Shown here piece after piece: positions 32,906-42,782 of a stretch of DNA of 64,000 bases (position 1 is the stretch's first letter; each line of letters begins with the position of its first letter). Made by a program: the position numbers and the translations under genes. Origin of the DNA: an uncultured Armatimonadia bacterium (GTDB taxonomy: Bacteria; Armatimonadota; Zipacnadia; CAVVLO01); the NCBI GenBank assembly GCA_963749155.1, contig CAVVLO010000005.1:256001-320000 (forward strand), read 5' to 3'. A model generated the notes under the pieces. It did not search any database and was not told the origin of the DNA. It worked only from the letters and a program-made list of their open reading frames with translations.

Positions 32906-34144
32906 ATGTCAGATGCACCCGCTCCTCTGCTCATACTGATAGGCGATGGTCTTGGAGACAGGCCAATTGCGGCTTTCGGCGGTAGGACGCCCCTCGAAGC
33001 GACTCCCACCCCGACCCTGGACTGGCTGGCCACAAACGGCGAATGCGGTCTGATGGACCCGATTGGACCTGGCATCCGCGCTGGGAGCGACACCGCGCAC
33101 CTGGCCATCCTGGGTTATGACCCTTACGAAGTCTACACAGGCCGCGGCCCCTTCGAAGCGGCGGGCATAGGTATGGAAGTTAAGCCCGGCGATGTCGCCT
33201 TCCGCTGCAACTTCACCACCATCGACGACGACTTCATCGCGGTGGACCGGCGCGCTGGCCGTATCGAAGAGGGCACTGACCAACTCGTGGCCGAGGTCAA
33301 CGAGATGGTAATCGAAGACGTCACCTGCTTTGTGAAAGAGTCGGTCGCTCACAGGGCTGCTCTGGTGCTGCGCGGGCCGGGCCTGTCGGCTGAAGTGACC
33401 GATGTAGATCCTCATCACGAGGGCGCCAAGCTGCTTGAGGCCGAAGCCAAAGTGCCCGCGGCAGAGAAGACCGCTCGCATACTCAACGAGTTCGTCAGGC
33501 GCTCTTATGCGGCGCTCAAGAATCACCCTGTCAACCAGGCCCGCATCGCCGCCGGCCTCAAGCCTGCCAACTCAATCGTGCCGCGAGGCGCGGGGGAAGC
33601 CCCCAATATTGGCAGCATAGAAGCGCGCTACGGCTGCAAGTCCGCCTGTATTGTCGAGACCGGCCTCATCAAGGGCATCGGCAATTATCTCGGGATGGAT
33701 ATCCTTGACGTGCCAGGCGGCACAGGAGGATTGGACACGGACATCCAGTCTTTCGCTGCTGTAATCAGCGAGGCGCTGCCCAGGTATGGCCTTATACTCT
33801 GCAACCTCAAGGCCCCCGATATCGCCGGGCACGACAGTGGCGCAGAGACCAAACAGCAAGCTATCCGCCTGCTCGATCAGCTTGTAGCTGGCCTCCTCGA
33901 GGCAGTTAAGACTACCGGCGCCTATATGGTGGTCACGGGCGACCATTCAACTCCAATTGGGGTTGGCGACCACAGTGGAGATCCGCTGCCGGTTGTTTTC
34001 TATGGCCCGGATGTGCGCGCCGATAGCGTCACCGAGTTCGGCGAGCGTTCTTGCGCCGCTGGCGTCGTTTGCCGCATCAAAGGCAAAGACCTGATGCCTA
34101 TCCTGACCCAGTTCAATAATACCCAGGTGAAATTCGGCGCCTAA
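32906..34144 (+). CDS. apgM: 2,3-bisphosphoglycerate-independent phosphoglycerate mutase (ApgM type)
   Basis: GDGLGD, GSDTAHL, GRGPFEA, DRRAGRI, DIAGH and TGDHSTP motifs. Confidence 0.92.
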   Translation: MSDAPAPLLILIGDGLGDRPIAAFGGRTPLEATPTPTLDWLATNGECGLMDPIGPGIRAGSDTAHLAILGYDPYEVYTGRGPFEAAGIGMEVKPGDVAFRCNFTTIDDDFIAVDRRAGRIEEGTDQLVAEVNEMVIEDVTCFVKESVAHRAALVLRGPGLSAEVTDVDPHHEGAKLLEAEAKVPAAEKTARILNEFVRRSYAALKNHPVNQARIAAGLKPANSIVPRGAGEAPNIGSIEARYGCKSACIVETGLIKGIGNYLGMDILDVPGGTGGLDTDIQSFAAVISEALPRYGLILCNLKAPDIAGHDSGAETKQQAIRLLDQLVAGLLEAVKTTGAYMVVTGDHSTPIGVGDHSGDPLPVVFYGPDVRADSVTEFGERSCAAGVVCRIKGKDLMPILTQFNNTQVKFGA

Positions 34145-34178
34145 GAGCGCTGCCCCTCAGGGGGAAAGGAGGCTCACG

Positions 34179-34748
34179 ATGAAGGTAATAGCCATCCTCG
34201 GCAGCCCGCGCTCAAGCGGAAACAGCGCTACGCTGGCCGAGAAGATTCTCGATTCTGCCAAGGAAGCCGGAGCCGACACCAAAAGCTTCAAAATCGGCAA
34301 GAGCGAATTCAAAGGCTGCGTTGCCTGTATGGCCTGTAAGAAGAAGGCCGACAAATGCGTGATTAACGATGACCTTACCAAAGCGATTGACGCAGTCGAG
34401 AAAGCCGATGCGTTGATAATCGCCAGTCCAGTCTACTTCGGCGAGCTGAACGCCCAGACGAAGGCTTTCATCGACCGGATGTACGGGTATCTCAAGGCCG
34501 ATTTCACCACCAATCCCGAGCCCTCGCGCCTGAAGCCCGGCAAGAAACTCGTCTTCGTGCTGGCCCAGGGTGACCCGAATGCGGCGCTTTATGCCGAGGT
34601 ATATGACAAATACGCTGGCTTCCTCTCCTGGTTTGGTTTCGAGTGCCAGCTCTTGCGCGCAGTAGGTGTAATGGACAAGGACGATGCCAGCAAGCGCAAG
34701 GACCTGATGAAACAGGCCGAGGCTATCGGCAAAGCTTTGGCTGGCTAG
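34179..34748 (+). CDS. Flavodoxin-like iron-sulfur flavoprotein (Isf family)
   Basis: GSPR..GNS, CxxCxxC...C cluster, ASPVYFG and KAFIDR motifs. Confidence 0.9.
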   Translation: MKVIAILGSPRSSGNSATLAEKILDSAKEAGADTKSFKIGKSEFKGCVACMACKKKADKCVINDDLTKAIDAVEKADALIIASPVYFGELNAQTKAFIDRMYGYLKADFTTNPEPSRLKPGKKLVFVLAQGDPNAALYAEVYDKYAGFLSWFGFECQLLRAVGVMDKDDASKRKDLMKQAEAIGKALAG

Positions 34749-34755
34749 TGTAATC

Positions 34756-34790
34756 AAGGGCCAGTCCGGCGGGCTGGCCCTTCTCTTTCT
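34756..34790 (+). terminator. Intrinsic terminator
   Basis: aagggccagtc-cggc-gggctggcccttctcttt. Confidence 0.6.
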
Positions 34791-34848
34791 CCTCCCGGGT
34801 GCTTCACGCGCGCTTCTGCGGTATATTGAGAGTGACAATAAATCAAAT

Positions 34849-35581
34849 GTGTCGCTATCTCAGGCATCCGGTGATCAAATGCGCTACGAATCCGTGGCTC
34901 AGATCCTCTCCGAGTTGAAGCGCACCTATTTGGGCGCGCCGCTCGCTATCCTTACGCTTTGTGAACATATTGACCTCAGCTATCAACCTACCTATGCGCA
35001 TGTGCGCGCCCTTGAAGAAGAGGGCGTAATCGAGACCCTGCGTCAGGGGCGCAAGGTTGTGTGTCGCCTGGCTCCCGCGCCCGAGACGGCCAACTGGCTT
35101 GCTTCGGTGGGGTATACCGAAGCGCGAAAACGCCTGAAAGCGAGTCGCTCCTGGCGCGAACTGCGTGATTGGGCTACCCAGGCGCTGGCCTCGGAGCCTT
35201 CAGCGCGCGCCGTCTTCCTGCTGCCTGGCAAGGATAACCTGCGCTTGGTGCTCGTGAGTGATGCCGAGGCTACCGCTCCGCCGCCTGCCAAACTGGCTTT
35301 GGAACGACTTTCTGCCTAGCGAGTTTACTGCTTCGCTAGCGGACCAGTCCAAAGCCGTTTCACTGCTAATAGAGGCGCTTCCCCTTGCTGGGGGGGAATG
35401 GCTGTATATGAGGTTGCTTGCCAGCCAGGAAAAGTCCAGATGGGAAGCCAGGCCCCGAGCTGTCCAGGAAACCGCACCGGAAGCTGTCTCCAGCCCCAGG
35501 CCGGCGCCCGAGGCGACAGCCGAACGCGCAATACGTCCCGCGCGCAAACTCTTCGACCTGCCAGGCGATCTGGTCGACTAG
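34849..35581 (+). CDS. Hypothetical protein with N-terminal winged HTH, frameshift near 35310
   Basis: LSYQPTYAHVRALEEEGVI...GRK wHTH pattern; joins ORF 35258-35581 by removing one T. Confidence 0.6.
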
Positions 35582-35613
35582 CGGCTTCGGGCTTTCTGCG
35601 AAGCCGTGTATAA

Positions 35614-36522
35614 TTGGCAAATATGAACGCGGCAGTCTGGTTTATCCCGAGTAGTGAGCCTGAGCCCGGCGCGCTTCAGCGGTTGGGTAGCTTGGCTTGC
35701 GCCCTGGGCCTGAAGCTTCGCATCAGCGAATCCTGGACCAAAGCAGGCGCTCATAAAGCCCTTCATGTCGCTCGCCGGCGAGCGCAAAGTGTCGCCGCGC
35801 TTGTGTTGCCGCTGGACCTGATTTGGGCTTTGGACCTGGAGGTTGGGGATCGACTTCGCGAGTTGCGCGCTCAGGCGACTGATTTGCAGGTGCTCGTTTA
35901 CGCAGCTGAAGGGCAGGTCGAACCTCCTTTTATGCCGGCCCTGTTTGATGAAGTACTTATAACTCGGATGGTTTATCCTGCAGTAAAGCTGAAGCCAGGG
36001 CGCTGGCGAATTGGAGTGCCACCTGGTCTTAGTCCCGAACTGGCTTGTCTTGGCCTCCTGGCATTGCCCAGGATATCCGGACTACCCCATCTGATCGGCG
36101 AAAGAGGGATATATTCCGGCCTGGCCCGGAAGCTCGCTCACTTGCTTTTGGCGCTTGGGTGGCGAGCAACCAGTACAACTAAAGCGCGTGGACGAGAAAC
36201 CCGGTATGTCCTTTCGCCTGTGCCAGTAGAGCCTGAGAAAGGTTTCTGGTTGCCAGTCGTTGAAGAAAGTTACAGCTTTGATTCTCTGCTTGCGCTGGTG
36301 GCAGGGCTCGCCCGGGGGAATCCTACCGCTGAAGAACTGGCTGCCGTTGCCCAGTTGATGGTAGAACAAAGAGCTCTGGCAGGTTTGCCTTTTCAGGAGA
36401 AGGAGCCTGTTCGGTTGCCCTCTGGACTTGAAGTTCGGTTCCAGTGGCGGGCGGGAGCTGAGCCCTTATGGACTTTGCAGGGAGCTGGGGAGGGGAGCGC
36501 CAATGGGCGTGCTGACGCGTGA
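35614..36522 (+). CDS. Hypothetical protein
   Basis: 302-aa ORF filling the gap in a co-oriented gene run; no recognised motif. Confidence 0.5.
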   Translation: MANMNAAVWFIPSSEPEPGALQRLGSLACALGLKLRISESWTKAGAHKALHVARRRAQSVAALVLPLDLIWALDLEVGDRLRELRAQATDLQVLVYAAEGQVEPPFMPALFDEVLITRMVYPAVKLKPGRWRIGVPPGLSPELACLGLLALPRISGLPHLIGERGIYSGLARKLAHLLLALGWRATSTTKARGRETRYVLSPVPVEPEKGFWLPVVEESYSFDSLLALVAGLARGNPTAEELAAVAQLMVEQRALAGLPFQEKEPVRLPSGLEVRFQWRAGAEPLWTLQGAGEGSANGRADA

Positions 36523-36922
36523 ACTCAAGCTGCAATCCACTGGCAACGTCGATATGGTTGACCTTACCAACGAAGTGCGTCAATTGGTGCAGGAAAGTGG
36601 CCTCAAGGAAGGCCTCGTAACAATTTTCGTGCCCGGTTCGACGGCTTCTGTCCTCACAATGGAATTCGAGCCTGGCCTGAAACGCGACCTGAAAGAATTC
36701 CTGGAAAAATGGCTTCCGTCTGACCATCAGTATTACCATAACGAAACCTGGCACGATGATAATGGTCATAGCCATATGAGGTCTATGCTCTTTGGCCCTT
36801 CGGTCAGCATCCCCTTCAGTGGGCGTGAACTTTTACTTGGCACATGGCAGCAAATTGTTGTAGTTGATTTCGACGTCCGCCAGCGCAGTCGGCGAGTCCT
36901 TATTCAGGTGCTTGGTGAGTGA
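36503..36922 (+). CDS. yjbQ: YjbQ / UPF0047 family protein
   Basis: GSTA, EPGL..D, NGHSH and LGTWQ motifs. Confidence 0.9.
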   Translation: MGVLTRELKLQSTGNVDMVDLTNEVRQLVQESGLKEGLVTIFVPGSTASVLTMEFEPGLKRDLKEFLEKWLPSDHQYYHNETWHDDNGHSHMRSMLFGPSVSIPFSGRELLLGTWQQIVVVDFDVRQRSRRVLIQVLGE

Positions 36923-38238
36923 TAAAAGCCATTGTTTTTCTGACCCTTGCGGTCCTTCTTGTCGTTGGAAATATTTCTGCCTGGGCTGATCTGGGCAAGC
37001 ATGAGCCACTCCGGGGTTGTTATCTGGGCGCCTACGTTGATCTCGAAACCGAGGTCAGGGGCGATGTAGCGACGTTTCAGAAAGTCCTTGGCAAGGATCA
37101 CGCCACTTTTCTGCGTTATGTGGGGTATGGCAGGCCCTTCCCGCGCGACTGGGTTGCTACCCTCAAGACACTGGGTGTCACACCTTGCATCGCCTGGGAG
37201 CCTAACGAAGGCCTCGACAAGGTGCAACGCGATGACTACCTCAAGAACTTCGCCATAGAGGCAGGCTCGGCTGGGGTGCCAATTTTCCTGCGTTTTGCGT
37301 CCGAGATGAACGGCCCCTGGACCAACTACAGCGGCGATGCGGCTCTCTACAAGGAAAAGTTTCGGATAGTCAGCGAGGCAATGAAGCGTTTCGCGCCTAA
37401 TGTGGCCCTCGTCTGGACTGTATCGGCGACCCCCTATGATGTCCACCCGCTCTACTACCCAGGAGATGAGTGGGTAGACTGGGTTGGCATCGACATCTAC
37501 TCTGTGCCCCGCTCGATGGGGATTGCCAAAGAGGCAGCTGGCGCCGAAGACCCCCGGTACTGGCTGGACAAGTTTTACAAGCACTGGGCCTCGCGCAAGC
37601 CCGTCGCCATCAGCGAGTTTGCTGCCGCTTATGCCTCGAGTAAATCCGAGCTGCAGAGCGAGGAATTCGCCTGCGATGCTATTGCGCGCCTGTATGGTTC
37701 GCTGCCTGCGAGGTATCCACGGGTGAAGGCTGTCTTCTACTTCTCGATGAACACTATCGCCCATAATCGCAACACCAAGAACTACTCGCTTGTCGAAAGT
37801 CCGCGCGTCCGGGCGGCCTATTCGGCGCTTATTTCGAGTGATTATTTTCTCTCCCACGTAGGAGACGAAGCCCCGCGCAATTATCGACCGGTAAAAGAAC
37901 TGCCTATGGAATCCAATAACTACCCACCCGCCAATGGGTCCGGCTCTCAGGGAGACATCTGGATACACGGCATACGCGATGGCAGTGTCGTGGTGGGGAA
38001 GGTCAAGCTCAATGCCGTGGTCGCCGATGGCAGGATTCCGAGATATGTGATTTTCTATCTGGATGGCGCGGCCATACTCGTGACCAACCGCAAGCCCTAC
38101 GATTGCAGCCTGAAGGGAGATTCGCTGGCGGAGGGGCCTCATACCTTGCGCTTTGATGCGGTGCTCGAGGGAGGCAGTGTGCTGCGCTCCCCCGACTACA
38201 CTATATACTGCTTTCCTTCGGCAAACGGCGCCAGTTGA
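36919..38238 (+). CDS. Secreted GH26 glycoside hydrolase with C-terminal Ig-like domain
   Basis: AWEP, RFASEMNGPW, YYPGDEWVDWVG.D.Y and KP..ISEF motifs. Confidence 0.88.
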   Translation: MIKAIVFLTLAVLLVVGNISAWADLGKHEPLRGCYLGAYVDLETEVRGDVATFQKVLGKDHATFLRYVGYGRPFPRDWVATLKTLGVTPCIAWEPNEGLDKVQRDDYLKNFAIEAGSAGVPIFLRFASEMNGPWTNYSGDAALYKEKFRIVSEAMKRFAPNVALVWTVSATPYDVHPLYYPGDEWVDWVGIDIYSVPRSMGIAKEAAGAEDPRYWLDKFYKHWASRKPVAISEFAAAYASSKSELQSEEFACDAIARLYGSLPARYPRVKAVFYFSMNTIAHNRNTKNYSLVESPRVRAAYSALISSDYFLSHVGDEAPRNYRPVKELPMESNNYPPANGSGSQGDIWIHGIRDGSVVVGKVKLNAVVADGRIPRYVIFYLDGAAILVTNRKPYDCSLKGDSLAEGPHTLRFDAVLEGGSVLRSPDYTIYCFPSANGAS

Positions 38239-39142
38239 TCCATAATCCTGCTGCCGCGACAAGCAGGCCCAAAGCAAGCAACCAAAGCAGCGCCCGAAGC
38301 AGTTTTGCCGAGGGCGGCACAACCTCGAAACGCGCGACTGCTTGCCCAGCAAGTTGATCTTTCTCATCATACAAGGTAAGACGCAACTCATAGTCGCCAG
38401 GCACAGCGAGCCATCTGCGCTTCAGTTCGAGCCTGGCTCCAGGCTCAAGGGCTAGTGCCGTAGCAGCCTCTCCCAGCGTAAAAACGCCGTGTTTGCCATA
38501 ATTGAGAGCGAGCCGCGCGCTCCAGCCGCTCGAGGTGCCTGTCCCCGAGTTGATAATCCCGCCGATGAAAGTAACCACCTGGCCGCTAGTTAGCTTTGCG
38601 CCGGTAGCCCCGCCTCCATCCACTGTCAAATCACCTGCTTGAGCGGTAAGCAGTGCTTTCGGCTCTGGCGCCTCAGGTCGCAGTTCGATGTAATCCACAT
38701 AAGTTACATCCAGTGGGACATTGGACATCAGGGTATCTTCATCTGCCACAAGACGCAGGCTGGCATCGTATTTACCCGCCGCAAGGCTGGCCTCGCCAGC
38801 TTTCACGGTGCGCCACTTGCGCGCGTTCGTGAGCGGGGGGGTAACCTTCAGACTTAGCCCTGCAAGGTCCAGTTGAAGCAACGCAGCGCGACTGGACAGG
38901 CGTACATAAATGCCATAAGTGCCAGTCTCGGGCAGCTCGAAGCTCATTGCAACGATTGCATTTTCGGCTGTGGTCGCGATGCAGTATTTGGCTTCGGCTC
39001 CTGGTTCATCATCTATGAGCTTCCAGCCCTCTTTATACGAACCGACCAGAGGCTGGCTTTGCTCCAGGGGAAGCTGCACCTGGCCCCAGGCAACCGAAAC
39101 AAGCAGCACGAGCAGTCCCAGTGCAAGCAGGCTAGCTCTCAT
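38201..39142 (-). CDS. Secreted, C-terminally anchored surface protein with CBM-like and CARDB-like domains
   Basis: Signal peptide; GTYGIYVR...YVDYIEL; INSGT; C-terminal TM followed by basic tail. Confidence 0.6.
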   Translation of the reverse strand: MRASLLALGLLVLLVSVAWGQVQLPLEQSQPLVGSYKEGWKLIDDEPGAEAKYCIATTAENAIVAMSFELPETGTYGIYVRLSSRAALLQLDLAGLSLKVTPPLTNARKWRTVKAGEASLAAGKYDASLRLVADEDTLMSNVPLDVTYVDYIELRPEAPEPKALLTAQAGDLTVDGGGATGAKLTSGQVVTFIGGIINSGTGTSSGWSARLALNYGKHGVFTLGEAATALALEPGARLELKRRWLAVPGDYELRLTLYDEKDQLAGQAVARFEVVPPSAKLLRALLWLLALGLLVAAAGLWINWRRLPKESSI

Positions 39143-39773
39143 TCCGGCTCCTCCCAAGCAGCAGGCGGTAAACCCCAAGCCCGATTAGCGCTGCGGCTGC
39201 AAGCGCCAGCATCAGGAAGGCGAGCCAGGAAAAATCAAAATGGGGCGAAGCGATGCTCACAACTCTCATCGCGCCGTTGTTGGACAAATCCTGGTCAGGC
39301 ACCTCAGGCGGGGATTCGACCCAGATGCCGACATTCTGCGGCTTGTCCGTCATCGAAATCCAGGTACTCACCAGGGTGCTTTCGCCGGGCGGGAGAAACT
39401 CAATCACATAGTCGCCGGTCAGCTTGCTCTTTACTGTCTCGGCGACGAAATTGACTTTGATATTGCTTACCGCCCCTGGCCCTCGGTTGAGCAATATCGA
39501 GGTGACATAATACTGGCCGCCCGCCCTGGGCATCGGGATTTGCACAATCTGCCCATCTGCCTGCTGTTGATAGAAGCGCGGCGCGCCCAGCAAAGTCAGG
39601 TCGGCTGGCATAGTGTAAATCGTGACCTCGGCGGATTGTTCCTGCGCCCAGCCAGGGGTTAGCAGGAATACGCCACATATCAATAATCCAAACATCCAGG
39701 ACAGGCTTCTCATTGCCCGTGATATTAGCACAAGACAACGTTCTGGGGAATGTGATTCGACCGGATTCGCCAT
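39132..39773 (-). CDS. CARDB-like surface protein with C-terminal TM anchor
   Basis: ADL, LNRG and DQDLSNN motifs; C-terminal TM followed by basic tail; start codon uncertain. Confidence 0.65.
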   Translation of the reverse strand: MANPVESHSPERCLVLISRAMRSLSWMFGLLICGVFLLTPGWAQEQSAEVTIYTMPADLTLLGAPRFYQQQADGQIVQIPMPRAGGQYYVTSILLNRGPGAVSNIKVNFVAETVKSKLTGDYVIEFLPPGESTLVSTWISMTDKPQNVGIWVESPPEVPDQDLSNNGAMRVVSIASPHFDFSWLAFLMLALAAAALIGLGVYRLLLGRSRNES

Positions 39774-39818
39774 TCCTTCCTCTTTACGCTGTTATAATCT
39801 GGCAGGTGAGAATCGTAT

Positions 39819-40604
39819 ATGAATAAGCCGGGCCTGGACCGACTATGGTGTGAAGAGAGCCTGAGCGCCCCTCCTGTTGGGCCAGCCAGCCAGGGTTCAG
39901 GCGCCTGGGGGCTGCTTGAGCGCGCCGATGCCTGGTATCGCAAGCTGGAATGGGCAGAGGCGCTGCGCGACTATTCGCGCGCTGTCCAGGAGGATCAACG
40001 GTTGCTGCCTGGCTGGGTTGGCCAGAGCCTTGCCAACTTCCACCTGGCTGACCACTCGCGCGCAGAACTGCTGGCCGCTCAGGGGCTTGCCAACTATCCC
40101 AAAAGCAAGCAGCTACTTTCTGTGCGAGGCGCTGCTCTGGGCAGGCTTGGCCAGCGTGACCAGGCTCTTGCCTGCTCTGATCTGTCGCTCTCGCTTGAGG
40201 GCGACTTCTGGCTGGAATGGGCGCTGCGCGGCGACTTGCTGCTTAGCCTGGGGGGCTCTAACACGCCTGCTCGCCATTGCTTTTCGCGCGCGCTTGAACT
40301 GTCCGACGACTGGCTTGTCTCACTTGCCTGCGCCTTTGCCTGGCAAGAACATGGCTTCGCGCAGGAGGCGCTCACATATTTCGAGCTGCCACTGGTTCAT
40401 AATCCCGAGACGCCCGAGTTGCTTTTCCGTTATGTCACTTGTCTCGAACAGGCAGGCCAGTCAAGCTCTGCCTACGAAGCGGTCACCAAGCTGCTCGCTC
40501 TTGCCCCGCGAGACAAACGTTGTCTTGCCCTTGCCGAAAGATTGAAACCCAAAGGCCTGCTGGCGCAACTTGGCAGGCTTTTCAGGCATGATGAGGGAGG
40601 CTAG
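39819..40604 (+). CDS. TPR repeat protein
   Basis: Multiple TPR motifs; stop codon abuts the pilT start (TAGATG). Confidence 0.8.
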   Translation: MNKPGLDRLWCEESLSAPPVGPASQGSGAWGLLERADAWYRKLEWAEALRDYSRAVQEDQRLLPGWVGQSLANFHLADHSRAELLAAQGLANYPKSKQLLSVRGAALGRLGQRDQALACSDLSLSLEGDFWLEWALRGDLLLSLGGSNTPARHCFSRALELSDDWLVSLACAFAWQEHGFAQEALTYFELPLVHNPETPELLFRYVTCLEQAGQSSSAYEAVTKLLALAPRDKRCLALAERLKPKGLLAQLGRLFRHDEGG

Positions 40605-41694
40605 ATGATCCAGATTGATCAACTGCTTGCCGAGGCCGTGAAGCGCGGCGCTTCCGACTTGCACTTGCTGACGAACAGTCCGCCGGTGCTGCGTATTGAC
40701 GGCCAGATTACCCCGATGGACGAGTCAGAACTCTTGCAGCCCGAGTTGCGCGAGGCGCTTTACTCTTTGATGACGCCGTATCAGATTACGCGTTTCGAAG
40801 AGGAGCTGGAACTCTGTTTCGCTTACACGGTGCTACAATGTGGGCTATTTCAGAGTGAGCGTCTACTACCAGCAGGGCAAGGTCGAGGGCGCCATTCGTA
40901 TCGGCTTCAACCAGATCCGCTCCTTGCCCGAGCTTGGCCTGCCGCCAGTGGTCGAAGAACTGGCCCGCCTGCCTCATGGCCTGGTGCTGGTTACTGGCGC
41001 GACTGGCATGGGCAAGACCAGCACGATGAACACCCTTATAGACCAGATAAACCGCGAACGCCGGGCCAAGATAATCACTATCGAAGACCCAATTGAGTAT
41101 CTCCACGACAACAAGCGCAGCCTGGTGGTGCAGCAAGAGGTCTATTCTGACACCAAATCCTTCGGTCGGGCGCTTGTTCATGCCCTCAGACAAGATCCGG
41201 ATGTGATTTGCGTGGGGGAGATGCGCGACCTGGAGACCATCCAGACCGCCCTGACTGCCGCCGAGACTGGCCATCTGGTGCTGGCAACCCTTCACACCGC
41301 GACCGCTACAGGCACCATCGGACGCATAGTGGATGTCTTTCCCGCCGACCAGCAGCGCCAGATAAGGGTAATGCTGGCCTCTACTCTCCAGGCAGTGCTT
41401 GCCCAGGTGCTGCTGCCGCGCCTCGATCGCCCAGGCCGCGTGCTGGCATATGAGTTGCTGCTCGCCAATACGGGGGTACGCAACCTGATAAGGGAAGACA
41501 AGAACGAGTCTATGGTGTATTCGGTGATGCAGACGCAACTGGACCAGGGTATGGAGACGCTGGACCGGGTACTCAAGCGGCTCTTCGATGCGGGTATCAT
41601 CGGATATGACAGCGCCTTGTCTTTTGCGCGAGACCCCAAATATGTCTGTCCGAATGTGCCCGACGGCCCAACTTTCTCGAAATCCGGTAGCTGA
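40605..41694 (+). CDS. pilT: PilT/PilU family type IV pilus ATPase, frameshift near 40835
   Basis: ASDLHL, GATGMGKTS, TIEDPIEY, ALRQDPD, GEMRD and ETGHLV..TLH motifs. Confidence 0.92.
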
Positions 41695-41713
41695 GTTTCT
41701 TTAAGCCAGGCAT

Positions 41714-41750
41714 AAGAAAACCCCACCTCATTGAGGTGGGGTTCTTTTTT
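41714..41750. terminator. Bidirectional intrinsic terminator
   Basis: aagaaaaccccacctc-att-gaggtggggttctttttt. Confidence 0.85.
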
Positions 41751-41768
41751 ATATCCAAATTTCGGTGC

Positions 41769-41999
41769 TTAGCTGAAGTTGGGAACGTATCGGCGCCATG
41801 CCATTACGATGAGCGCGATGGCGCAAAGCGTAACAAATCCGATCGTCGCGAGGCTAAGCATATCATCGGAAAGAATGACTCCGAAGTACTCGAGTACATT
41901 GGCCAGCATGGGGCGCAAGGCATCGTACATAATGTGCATACCTGCGAAGTAGACGAACAGGATTATCAGGAACAAACCTGCGATGTCGGCGAAGCCCAT
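41769..41999 (-). CDS. Small 2-TM membrane protein, paralogue 1
   Basis: 76 aa; RBS GGGGTG; similar to the product of 42234-42464. Confidence 0.75.
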   Translation of the reverse strand: MGFADIAGLFLIILFVYFAGMHIMYDALRPMLANVLEYFGVILSDDMLSLATIGFVTLCAIALIVMAWRRYVPNFS

Positions 42000-42061
42000 C
42001 TTAACGTCACCCCAAGTCCGGATTTATTAACTATACCCAAGTATTGCTGCCCGTTGCCAAT

Positions 42062-42090
42062 ACTTTACCAAGGGTTGGCCAAGCTGTCAA
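42062..42090 (-). promoter_or_regulatory. Sigma70-type promoter
   Basis: TTGACA-17-TAAAGT on the minus strand. Confidence 0.55.
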
Positions 42091-42176
42091 CTACCGAGAA
42101 GGACTGTTTCCTTACTTTTTCTGAATATTTCGGGGGTGATTCAGGTTGTTAACCAAGCGTAATCTCTCCTTGCAGC

Positions 42177-42208
42177 AAAAAGCCCTGCCTCTGGAGAAGG
42201 CAGGGCTT
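42177..42208 (-). terminator. Intrinsic terminator
   Basis: Plus-strand aaaaagccctgcct-ctggaga-aggcagggctt; U run on the minus strand. Confidence 0.75.
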
Positions 42209-42233
42209 ACAGGGGCGAAACCTGGAGAGTCGC

Positions 42234-42464
42234 TCAGGTAAAAGTGGGCACGAAGCGTTTGTAAATCCAGACGAAGGCAGCTATGGCAATGACTGTGACT
42301 ACCCCAATACTCATCACGCTGAGCTGATCAGGGGTGGCCGTGTAACCGAAATATTCAAGTAGCTGCCCAAGCCTGGGACGCAAAGCATCGAAAACCGTAT
42401 GCAAAGCTGCGAAATAAACAAAGAATCCCAGTAGCAACATCCCTGCAAAATCGCCAAGAGACAT
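42234..42464 (-). CDS. Small 2-TM membrane protein, paralogue 2
   Basis: 76 aa from ATG 42464; GGAGGTG RBS; shares D.AG, FVYFA..H...DALRP.L...LEYFG and R.VP.F. Confidence 0.75.
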   Translation of the reverse strand: MSLGDFAGMLLLGFFVYFAALHTVFDALRPRLGQLLEYFGYTATPDQLSVMSIGVVTVIAIAAFVWIYKRFVPTFT

Positions 42465-42736
42465 AGCCGCCACCTCCCCCCGCCATCTACGGGAAATAAA
42501 GGTTTACTCCAATAACAAGCCTATGATACCTCCAGAAACTCGTCAACAAACCTTTTCGCTTTTCGGACAGTTTTTTAACATCGCTTTTCGGCAAGGCTAG
42601 AAAGGGCGTAGGCATTGGCCCGGTGGCCTCCAGAGGGCTCCCCAAGGAGCTGGCCAATCAACGGTATGGTAAACCAGCTTAACCTGAAGATAACCGGCAG
42701 AGGGTAAATAGTGGGGGTGAAAACGTTACGCTTTGG

Positions 42737-42774
42737 AAAATAGGCCGGCCGGCGAAGGTAGACCTCCGCCGGCC
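42737..42774 (-). terminator. Terminator-like hairpin after glmS
   Basis: ggccggcgaagg-taga-cctccgccggcc with a nearby A run. Confidence 0.55.
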
Positions 42775-42782
42775 CTTAGCTT

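Noticed and set aside
36904..38391. Long antisense or alternative-frame ORFs (also 7416-8489, 14257-15294, 20056-21090, 56087-57103, 59119-60249)
   Set aside because: Shadow ORFs of well-supported genes, expected at high GC; no recognisable motifs
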